Origin: Sedimenticola sp.
Lineage (GTDB): Bacteria > Pseudomonadota > Gammaproteobacteria > Chromatiales > Chromatiaceae
Length of the DNA: 64,000 bases
Direction: 5' to 3'
Assembly (NCBI GenBank): GCA_027024025.1
Contig: JALVTT010000157.1
Location: 128 to 64,127, forward strand
Positions 33,021 through 40,524 of the stretch are shown here, piece by piece (position 1 is the stretch's first letter; each line of letters begins with the position of its first letter). The notes below the pieces were generated by a model that did no database searches, was not told the DNA's origin, and was given only the letters and a program-made list of their open reading frames with translations. Made by a program: the position numbers and the translations under genes.

Positions 33021-33872
33021 ATGTCACTCGCCACCACCTACTGCCGCGCCGCGCTCGGCATCGAGGCCCCGCTGGTCACCGTCGAGACCCATCTGGCCAA
33101 CGGGCTGCCGGCCTTCAGCATCGTCGGCCTGCCCGAGAAGGCCGTGCAGGAATCACGCGACCGGGTGCGCTCCGCCCTGGTCAACAGCGGCTTCGAATTT
33201 CCCGCCCGCCGCATCACCGTCAACCTGGCGCCGGCCGACATCCCCAAACAGGGCGCGCGCTTCGACCTGGCGATCGCCATCGGCATCCTGGCCGCCAGCG
33301 CCCAGCTCCCCGACGCGCCACTGGCCGGGCTCGAACTGATCGGCGAGCTGACCCTCTCCGGACGGGTGCGGCCGGTGCACGGAGTGCTGCCGGTGGCCGT
33401 GGCCGCCCGCCAGGCCGGGCACAGTCTGGCCCTGGCGCGGGCCAACGCGGCCGAGGCCGCCCTGGTCGGCGGGCTGGAGATCCTGCCGCTGGACGGCCTG
33501 CTGCAGCTGTGCGCCCATCTCACCGGCCGGGAACGCATCGCGCCCTGGACGGACAACCCCGATACCGGGAACCGGCCGCAACTCCAAGCCGACCTGGCCG
33601 ATGTGCGCGGCCAGGCCCAGGCGCGGCGCGCTCTGGAGATCGCCGCCGCGGGACGCCACAATCTGCTGATGCAGGGCCCGCCCGGCACCGGCAAGTCCAT
33701 GCTCGCCGCGCGCCTGCCCGGCATCCTGCCGCCGATGAGCGAGGCCGAGGCCATGGACACCGCCGCCATCCACTCGGTGGCCGGCCTGGCGGTGGACCCG
33801 GCGCGCTGGCGCGAGCGCCCCTTCCGCAGTCCCCATCACACCTGTTCCGGCGTCGCCCTGGTCGGCGGCAGC
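33021..33872 (+). pseudogene. comM: comM (yifB) Mg-chelatase-like ATPase, 5' part (284 codons), interrupted by the transposon
   Basis: Starts MSLATTY..IVGLPEKAVQESRDRVRSAL, with the Walker A motif GPPGTGKSMLA. The ComM-like sequence ends at ..RSPHHTCSGVALVGGS, exactly at the transposon end. Confidence 0.9.
33868..33872. repeat. Target-site duplication, left copy (GCAGC)
   Basis: An identical pentamer directly abuts the other transposon terminus at 57594-57598. Confidence 0.85.
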
Positions 33873-33940
33873 TGTGACTTCCATCAAAACCCGCTACATT
33901 CCAACCAATTCCGCTACACTCCTCCCACACATTCAGCCGC
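33873..33940. repeat. Transposon left end
   Basis: TGTGACTTCCATCAAAA matches the reverse complement of the right end, TGTGATTTCTATCGAAA. Two CCGCTACA(T/C)TCC repeats lie at 33891-33902 and 33911-33922, spaced 20 bp apart. Confidence 0.8.
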
Positions 33941-33955
33941 AAGGGGGGACATACA

Positions 33956-35704
33956 ATGTCGTTTCGTCGGATCGCGACGATCCGTCGCCTGATCAATCTA
34001 ATCCCCAAGGAGAAAAGGAATTTTGCCGCATGGTGGTACGGTCGCCTAATCCCAAACGACAGGGAACGATCTCAACCCAAGATCGAGGTTTTGTTCCGGG
34101 AGGTAGATTCCGAGGGGAAGGCGCTGGGCAAAACGAAGATCTATCCGGTCAATATCGCCCTGCTCGGACAGGTCCCACTCGGGTCAATCTGGCGCGCAAA
34201 GCGAAACGTGGGGAACATCAAATTGACGCGCCGGGCGTTCAAGGTGAATTTCTCACCACAGGGGTGGGACACATTGCAGTCATTGCATAAAACTGAATCA
34301 GACCGTTACCTGATTCCACCCTTTTCCCATCCCCTCCTTCGAGGAGTCAACGCGCCCCTTATGGATTCATGGACAATACGGTTCAAGCTGGCTACCGGAG
34401 GGTTCCTGATTATCCCGGCCATCGAATATTTTGTTCGCGCCTACGGACTCTCCGGCGAGATCCACCGGATTCTGCTCACCTATTCTTGGAATGAAGCACT
34501 CAAACGCCTATTCGGAGATCACCAACCTCCTGTGGCAAAGAAAGAGAATGGCCGATGGATCGTTCACCCCGGCCCCTACATGCAGCAGAATGACACTCCA
34601 TTTCTCGCACACCTTCTCCACGACCAAAATACCCGCCGCCTGACGAAGAAGCTGCATGCCCAAGCGGAGACCGCCCATAACGGAAAATACCATTTGAGGG
34701 TCGAACCATGGCACCGGAACATCGGGTTGATCGAAGTGCTCGGTAAGCCTCTACCGGACAACGGCTTCCTCGGCCTTCGTATCTCAGGAATCGAGCTTCC
34801 CAAGCACCCACCAATCGACGTTATCCGAATCCATAAAGAACAGCCAGATGAAATAACCAATGGAGACAAGACCGGTGGGAACACCGTCATGCTGCAAACG
34901 ATCGCTTCCAGTCCGGACATGAAAATGGCGGATGATCAACCACCTGACCATGGCCTAGGGCACTTCGAGCTTACCACTCCCGCGTTCAAATGGCTCGGTG
35001 AACCAGGTGAAATCCGCAACGTCGTCCGTGAGGACGGAAAAATAGGACGGCCATCGACCTTGAAGTCGAACATCGTGGATACCGTGTCGGCTGGAGATCC
35101 GGCGGGTAGCCCCAAAGGCATCAGGAAGGTCGTCTCCCACACCCCGCTGCTCCTAGAGTCCATGGGGACACTGAAAGATATGTGGGACGCCTTCCATCAT
35201 TTGCAGAAACTGCATCCTGAAACGATCCTGGATGTTGGCTACGTGACGTGGGGGAAAGAGGTCCGCTGCGGAACCGAACCGGAGCTGTGCCCATTGCCGC
35301 GCCCAGTAGCTAACAGGAAGAATAAGAAAGGATTTTGGTATTTCATTGACAAAAACACGCCACGCGGTTTATTGCTGATATGGGTTAGGACAGCCGATTG
35401 CGAGGCTGTCATCGTGGAGATCCAGCGACGCACCGATCCAGCCAATCCAGAAAAAGAAAAAGAATCCTTCAAGGGATTGGCCATCCGCGTGAACGGCGAC
35501 CTCGGAAAGGTGCTGGACTGGCTGGAGCGTCTGGCGGCCAATATCGTCGAGAGCAAGGGCGTTTACACAAAGGCAATGCTGAGCTCGTGTCCCACGCTGG
35601 CCCGAACCTTCAAGCACGCGAAATCCCAGGGCGACACAAAAGCTGGAGAACATACGGCTTGGCGAGCGCTTGCAAAAGTGGGCTGCATGGAGAATAGAAA
35701 ATGA
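33956..35704 (+). CDS. Uncharacterised 582-aa protein, possibly a TnsE-like target-selection protein (weak, from memory)
   Basis: It starts 83 bp inside the left end and has an ATGA overlap with the nuclease gene. No catalytic motif was recognised. Local patterns (IIPAIEYFVRAYG, FLGLRISGIEL, EAVIVEIQRR...VLDWLERLAANIVESKG) resemble my recollection of Tn7 TnsE. Confidence 0.3.
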   Translation: MSFRRIATIRRLINLIPKEKRNFAAWWYGRLIPNDRERSQPKIEVLFREVDSEGKALGKTKIYPVNIALLGQVPLGSIWRAKRNVGNIKLTRRAFKVNFSPQGWDTLQSLHKTESDRYLIPPFSHPLLRGVNAPLMDSWTIRFKLATGGFLIIPAIEYFVRAYGLSGEIHRILLTYSWNEALKRLFGDHQPPVAKKENGRWIVHPGPYMQQNDTPFLAHLLHDQNTRRLTKKLHAQAETAHNGKYHLRVEPWHRNIGLIEVLGKPLPDNGFLGLRISGIELPKHPPIDVIRIHKEQPDEITNGDKTGGNTVMLQTIASSPDMKMADDQPPDHGLGHFELTTPAFKWLGEPGEIRNVVREDGKIGRPSTLKSNIVDTVSAGDPAGSPKGIRKVVSHTPLLLESMGTLKDMWDAFHHLQKLHPETILDVGYVTWGKEVRCGTEPELCPLPRPVANRKNKKGFWYFIDKNTPRGLLLIWVRTADCEAVIVEIQRRTDPANPEKEKESFKGLAIRVNGDLGKVLDWLERLAANIVESKGVYTKAMLSSCPTLARTFKHAKSQGDTKAGEHTAWRALAKVGCMENRK

Positions 35705-36201
35705 CCCTATGCACCATGCGATGGCCTGTGGCCGCTACTCTGGCGGTTCTACTTGTCCTTGTATGCCTGACCGCTGACGCTTCGCAGACGGTCATAGCAA
35801 GAATCGTCGGCATCATTGACGGGGACACCGTGAAGGCGCTCATCGACGGACACCAACAATGGAAGGTTCGCCTCGCGGAAATCGACACGCCGGAAAAACG
35901 GCAACCCTGGGGCAAGCGAGCAAGGCAGGCGCTGGCCGCCAAGATTTTCAGGAAGAAAGTGCGGATCGTCGTCACCGGCACCGACCGTTACGGACGTCGC
36001 ATTGGGAAAATCTACCTTGGAGACCGAGACATCAACCGGGAAATGGTGCGCGAGGGGCATGCCTGGGCGTACCGGAAATACCTGAGGGATCGCAGTCTGC
36101 TCGATGACGAGGCAGAAGCCCGGCGCGAGCGTCGCGGGTTGTGGTCGCTCCCGGAATCACAGCAGGTTCCACCGTGGAAGTGGCGACGGAGGCAACGCTA
36201 G
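35701..36201 (+). CDS. Secreted staphylococcal-nuclease-like thermonuclease
   Basis: Signal peptide, followed by the SNase catalytic pattern IIDGDT, RLAEIDTPE, DRYGRRIG and EMVREGHAWAY. Confidence 0.85.
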   Translation: MTLCTMRWPVAATLAVLLVLVCLTADASQTVIARIVGIIDGDTVKALIDGHQQWKVRLAEIDTPEKRQPWGKRARQALAAKIFRKKVRIVVTGTDRYGRRIGKIYLGDRDINREMVREGHAWAYRKYLRDRSLLDDEAEARRERRGLWSLPESQQVPPWKWRRRQR

Positions 36202-36211
36202 TCCTCTTTCA

Positions 36212-36229
36212 TGTAGGAATATTCCTACA
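36212..36229. other. Perfect 18-bp palindrome TGTAGGAATATTCCTACA
   Basis: The sequence is its own reverse complement. It lies 10 nt after the nuclease stop codon. It may be an operator or a hairpin. Confidence 0.5.
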
Positions 36230-36309
36230 CTGCCAGCGGAAACATCGCATGACGGATATTTGCTACCCTTATACGTGGGCCGACGCCGGGAAACGGAAGT
36301 CCTGGCCCC

Positions 36310-36345
36310 AGCAAACCCCATCTTTCCTGGATGGGGTTTGCTTTC
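36310..36345 (+). terminator. Hairpin terminator after the 582-aa/nuclease pair
   Basis: AGCAAACCCCAT-(9-nt loop)-ATGGGGTTTGCT forms a perfect 12-bp stem and is followed by TTC. Confidence 0.55.
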
Positions 36346-36419
36346 AACGAACAGTGATACGACGATCCCTGACAGGCTGCTCTGCCTTCGTGGGCGCATC
36401 CGAACACGGGTTCAAATTT

Positions 36420-36446
36420 GGCCATGATCCGGTTGAACGGTAAGAC
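36420..36446 (+). repeat. 27-bp direct repeat, copy 1
   Basis: GGCCATGATCCGGTTGAACGGTAAGAC matches 37535-37561 at 25 of 27 positions. Confidence 0.8.
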
Positions 36447-36660
36447 GAAACCCACCACGAACCTTGAGAAATTGCTGTGGCAGGCAGGCGGAAAGACTCC
36501 CGACGCCACGCTTGGCGAAAGGGAGTTGGCTGAAACCCTCGTCAAAGCCATTGATGTGATCAGTCGTGTAAAGCCGGAGCTCCTGGTGAAGTTCTATGAG
36601 GCAGGACGGAGAAAGGGTCTTCTGCCTCCGCTCGATGCAGGAGATTCCAACACCTCCTGA
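36424..36660 (+). CDS. Small ORF (78 aa); its N-terminus resembles the start of a Type I/IIG methyltransferase and may be a gene remnant
   Basis: MIRLNGKTKPTTNLEKLLWQAGGKT resembles the ..LE..LW.AAD.LRG N-termini of HsdM-type methylases and then diverges. Confidence 0.3.
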   Translation: MIRLNGKTKPTTNLEKLLWQAGGKTPDATLGERELAETLVKAIDVISRVKPELLVKFYEAGRRKGLLPPLDAGDSNTS

Positions 36661-36718
36661 GAAGCCACTTCCCGTCATTCGGTAGTCATTTCAGTGCAAG
36701 GGGCTGAGAGGGCAAGAA

Positions 36719-36913
36719 ATGTTGCGTTTGAACGAGAAAATCAGGCTGCATCCCAGTGAAGAAAGGGTATTTTCGATCCTGACCGGAGATCGGTCGGTCC
36801 CCTCTACCGTGGCTGAATACAACCGCAGCCTGGAACTGGCAAGGGCAGCTTGCCAGGGGGACAGCCCGGAGGAAAAGCTGCTCCAGCACATTATCGAAAA
36901 CCTGGAGACTTGA
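36719..36913 (+). CDS. Hypothetical small protein (64 aa)
   Basis: ORF with a TGATG stop/start overlap to the next ORF. No motif recognised. Confidence 0.3.
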   Translation: MLRLNEKIRLHPSEERVFSILTGDRSVPSTVAEYNRSLELARAACQGDSPEEKLLQHIIENLET

Positions 36914-37170
36914 TGAGGATGCGCAAACGGGAACCCTATGAACGGCTGGCCGACGGAACCATCCGTTTTCACGACAATGACTACGAGTCATGGAAGTCGC
37001 TGTTCCAGCGAGCCGGGTACGACATCGACAAGATCACCACCGAAGAGCAATACCGGGAAGCCCACTCCAAGGTTGGGGGACATGCTCATGACGGAATTGG
37101 TGGGTCGGGCAGCCAAGGGGGAGCCGGATGCCATCGCTATATTGAAGCCCTTCCTGGCCGGAGATTTTAG
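36913..37170 (+). CDS. Hypothetical small protein; only the first roughly 55 codons look like coding sequence
   Basis: MRMRKREPYERLADGTIRFHDNDYESWKSLFQRAGYDIDKITTEEQYREAH, after which the tail is Gly-rich. It overlaps the next ORF in another frame, so a frameshift is possible. Confidence 0.25.
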   Translation: MRMRKREPYERLADGTIRFHDNDYESWKSLFQRAGYDIDKITTEEQYREAHSKVGGHAHDGIGGSGSQGGAGCHRYIEALPGRRF

Positions 37171-37375
37171 CGAAATGCGGGCGGCGGCACGGCGCGCCAC
37201 GTTCGAGGCCCTGCCTGGCGGGCGGAGTCAACTCGAAGGGGAGCTGGTGGACATGCTTTTCTCGCCGGAACCCCTCAGCCCACGGTGCGACGAACTCCTC
37301 CAACGCCTGAACCACCGGGCGGACCTAAAGGTCGTTGCCGTGGGCAAGCGCGGCGAGGAAGCCAAGGACGCATGA
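37082..37375 (+). CDS. Hypothetical small protein (97 aa)
   Basis: The composition from MLMTELVGRAAKGEPDAIAILKP looks like coding sequence. A T6 run follows the stop codon. Confidence 0.3.
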   Translation: MLMTELVGRAAKGEPDAIAILKPFLAGDFSEMRAAARRATFEALPGGRSQLEGELVDMLFSPEPLSPRCDELLQRLNHRADLKVVAVGKRGEEAKDA

Positions 37376-37534
37376 CCCCCGGGCGGTTTTTTGGATTCAG
37401 GATTTCGCGATCACGGGGCGCATCCGCTTAACCCACGCCGGGATCGAGCACTTCAATCTTATACCAACTGCCACCCTCAGCTCGAACACAGGCTTGGCAT
37501 GACGAAGTTGAGTAATGCACACCCAACATTTTTG

Positions 37535-37561
37535 GGCCATGATCTGGTTGAACGGTAGGAC
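37535..37561 (+). repeat. 27-bp direct repeat, copy 2, 48 nt upstream of the helicase-nuclease start
   Basis: GGCCATGATCTGGTTGAACGGTAGGAC. Confidence 0.8.
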
Positions 37562-37608
37562 TAGAAATTGGCCTTGTGAATTCAGGCTCACAATGAAGAA
37601 AGAAAGCT

Positions 37609-40524
37609 ATGGCGCAGGTTGTGACTAATAACACTTTTAGCACCAATGCCAACCCCAGCCAGCTTGAAGCCATCAAGACCACTGAAGGCCCGTTGCTCAT
37701 CATCGCTGGTCCTGGATCAGGAAAGACCTTCACTCTGGTTGAGCGAATCGTTTATCTGATCACCGAGAAAAAAGCCGCGCCAGAATCGCTTTTTGTCGTC
37801 ACCTTCACAGATAAGGCCGCGCAGGAACTAACCACTCGCGTGTCCAACCGACTTTTGGAGTTGGGCATAAAGTTCAACCTCCATGAGATGTATCTCGGCA
37901 CATTTCACTCTATCTGTCTGCGCCTGCTTGAGGAATACCGGGAGTTTACCCGCCTCAAGCGTAGCTTCACCCTGATGGACCAATTCGATCAACAATATTT
38001 TCTCTACCAGAACCTGAACGACTACTACGATATTGCCGATGTGGAGCACGTCATAGGCGACCTGCAAGGTAGCCGGTGGAATCAGTCTGCCAACCTTCTC
38101 AAATGGCTTAACAAGGCCACGGAAGAAGCGCTTGTTCCCGAAGAGCTGCTCAAGGCGAAGGATGAGGCCGTACAAGTGCTGGGCGCCTGTTTGCACCTGT
38201 ACCACAAACAGCTAGAAGCACATAACGCCCTGGATTTTTCTGGCATCCAGAATGAGGCGCTGTGCCTACTGCGTGACAACCCGCAGGTGCTGGAAGAAGT
38301 ACGAAGCAAGATCACCTATCTGATGGTCGACGAATACCAGGACACCAACACCATCCAGGAGATGATCCTCAAGCTACTTTGTGCTGACCAGCCCAACCTC
38401 TGCGTGGTGGGCGACGACGACCAGGGCCTTTACCGATTTCGCGGTGCTTCCATACGAAACATTCTGACCTTTCCGGATCAGTTCGAAGATGGCCAGTGCA
38501 AACAAGTCAGACTGACCACCAACTACCGTTCTCATCCTGACATTATCCACTTCTACAACCGCTGGATGAATGACCAAAACTGGGAGTATGGGGGTAATAC
38601 ATTCCGCTTTGACAAACTCATAGAAGAAAACCAAGCGGCGACCTTCCCAGAAACCGCCACGGTCATAAAAGTATCAGCTGAAGAACACGGTATTTGGGCT
38701 GATGAAGTAGAAGCCTTCCTGCGCGACATGAAAAGCAGGGGTGCCATCACCAACTGGAATCAGGTAGCTTTCCTCTTCAGGTCGGTGAAACATAAAGATG
38801 CAGTGGCCCTGGCCAAGACGCTGGAGGAACGAGGTATTCCCGTTTATTCTCCTCGCTCCAACATGTACTTCGAGCGTGAAGAAGTTAGGCTGATGATCGG
38901 TGCGCTGATCTTCCTTTTCCCGCAGTTCCCGGAAGTTCGCAAATGGGATAGCTCGGCCTATCTCCCGATCTGGGATTACTATGACCAAGAGTGTTTTGCG
39001 CCATTTGCAGAGGAGCTGCGCAAACCAGAAAATGAGGAGCTGCTGAAGTGGGCGCGTGTCCGGGCTAAAGAGCACCTGACGCTCACCGAGAGCACCAACT
39101 ATGGGTTTTCGGGACTATTCTATGAGCTGCTGCGCTTCCCCCTGTTTAGCCGCTTTCTGGATGAAGACGAGGAAGGCCAACTGATCCATGAGCGGCCCGC
39201 GCGTAACCTGGCGCAGTTTTCCAACCTTTTGGTGAAATACGAGTACCTTCACCATATTTCGGTGCTCAACCCACTCTATCTGGAAAACAACATAAAGTCG
39301 TTTTTCAACAGCTTTTTACGTTTTCTATATGAGGGTGGTATCGATGAGTATGAGGACGACAGCGAATATGCCCCTTCCGGATGTGTCTCTTTTCTCACCA
39401 TCCACCAGTCCAAGGGCCTAGAGTTTCCCGTGGTTATGGTTGGGTCGCTTTATGCCGTGCCACGCAAACAGCACACAGAACTGGATGAAGTGCTGGAGCG
39501 AGACTACCTTTCCCGGCCACCCTTCGAGCCGCTGGAACGGACCAAGTTCTACGATTTCTGGCGGCTCTACTACACCGCCTTCTCCAGGGCACAGAACCTG
39601 CTGGCGCTTACCTGTCAGGAAAAGAGTGGCCGAGGCCGCACACCATCAAAGTATTTCGCGCCCTACTACGAGGATCTACCTTCCTGGCGGGATCCGGCCT
39701 TTGACCCTGATCTGCTGACGCTGGAACAGGTCAAGGAAGTGAACTTGAAGAAGGAGTACTCCTTCACCTCGCACCTGACGCTGTTCGAGAACTGCCCCCA
39801 GCAGTACCGCTTCTTTAAGGAGCTGGAGTTCACTCCTGTGCGGACCAGCCCCATCCTCTTCGGCACTCTGGTGCACCAAACCATCGAAGACATCCATAAG
39901 ACTGTGCTGCGTGGAGAACAGGAGAAGCTATCGGAAGAGCAGATAGAGACTTGGTTTAACACCAACTACCAGTACCTGACCCAACGGGAGCGGGTCTATC
40001 TGGCCGAACCCATCCAAAAGGTGGCGCTTGACCACGTGCTGCGGTACTACTGGCGGCAGAATGGTGATTGGTCAAAAATACTGGAAGCTGAGGTGGATAT
40101 TTCTCTGGTGAAGGACGAGTATATACTCAAAGGCAGCGTGGACCTGATCACCGGCGAAAACGGCACGGTGGAGATCGTAGATTTCAAGTCCGAAAAAAAG
40201 CCCGATCTGGAGAAGGAGCGGGAAAAGGTGTGGCGCTATCAGCGCCAGCTGGAGGTGTACGCTCACCTGGTGGAAGAGCGCACCGGCCAGAAGGTGACCA
40301 AGACCCACCTTTACTATACCAGCGAGGAAGGCGGGAACCCCTACATCACCTTCCCCAAGGACGACTCTTCTATCGCCAGCACCATCGCCACCTTCGACCA
40401 AGTAGTTCACCGAATTGAACAGCAAGATTTCAGCATGACCGATCGCCCGACTAAACTCTGTAAAGAATGTGACATGCACGCATACTGCGATACCAAGAAC
40501 TGGAAATTCAGGAAGACTTCATGA
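37609..40524 (+). CDS. UvrD/PcrA-type SF1A helicase fused to a C-terminal Cas4/AddB-like PD-(D/E)XK Fe-S nuclease
   Basis: Helicase motifs: AGPGSGKTF, VVTFTDKAA, MVDEYQDTN, VVGDDDQGLYRFRGA, TTNYRS, TIHQSKGLEFP and YTAFSRA. Nuclease motifs: FENCPQQY, GSVDLI, VEIVDFKSEK, QLEVYAHL and CKECDMHAYC. Confidence 0.85.
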   Translation: MAQVVTNNTFSTNANPSQLEAIKTTEGPLLIIAGPGSGKTFTLVERIVYLITEKKAAPESLFVVTFTDKAAQELTTRVSNRLLELGIKFNLHEMYLGTFHSICLRLLEEYREFTRLKRSFTLMDQFDQQYFLYQNLNDYYDIADVEHVIGDLQGSRWNQSANLLKWLNKATEEALVPEELLKAKDEAVQVLGACLHLYHKQLEAHNALDFSGIQNEALCLLRDNPQVLEEVRSKITYLMVDEYQDTNTIQEMILKLLCADQPNLCVVGDDDQGLYRFRGASIRNILTFPDQFEDGQCKQVRLTTNYRSHPDIIHFYNRWMNDQNWEYGGNTFRFDKLIEENQAATFPETATVIKVSAEEHGIWADEVEAFLRDMKSRGAITNWNQVAFLFRSVKHKDAVALAKTLEERGIPVYSPRSNMYFEREEVRLMIGALIFLFPQFPEVRKWDSSAYLPIWDYYDQECFAPFAEELRKPENEELLKWARVRAKEHLTLTESTNYGFSGLFYELLRFPLFSRFLDEDEEGQLIHERPARNLAQFSNLLVKYEYLHHISVLNPLYLENNIKSFFNSFLRFLYEGGIDEYEDDSEYAPSGCVSFLTIHQSKGLEFPVVMVGSLYAVPRKQHTELDEVLERDYLSRPPFEPLERTKFYDFWRLYYTAFSRAQNLLALTCQEKSGRGRTPSKYFAPYYEDLPSWRDPAFDPDLLTLEQVKEVNLKKEYSFTSHLTLFENCPQQYRFFKELEFTPVRTSPILFGTLVHQTIEDIHKTVLRGEQEKLSEEQIETWFNTNYQYLTQRERVYLAEPIQKVALDHVLRYYWRQNGDWSKILEAEVDISLVKDEYILKGSVDLITGENGTVEIVDFKSEKKPDLEKEREKVWRYQRQLEVYAHLVEERTGQKVTKTHLYYTSEEGGNPYITFPKDDSSIASTIATFDQVVHRIEQQDFSMTDRPTKLCKECDMHAYCDTKNWKFRKTS

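Noticed and set aside
33520-34290. ORFs crossing or abutting the transposon left end (33520..34008 minus strand, 33874..34290 plus strand)
   Set aside because: They span the comM/transposon junction or the terminal repeats, have biased composition, and overlap better-supported genes (comM and the 582-aa ORF).
36212-36229. The palindrome TGTAGG..CCTACA, considered as abutted ends of a nested second Tn7-like element
   Set aside because: Abutted ends would read ...ACA/TGT... at the centre, which is not the case here. There are no flanking subterminal repeat arrays or duplications, and no second set of tns genes.
36420-37561. The 27-bp direct repeats, considered as integron attC sites or IS ends
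   Set aside because: No integrase or transposase gene is associated with them. The repeats are direct rather than inverted and lack the attC R''/L''-L'/R' symmetry. A recombination scar or duplicated 5' gene segment fits better.
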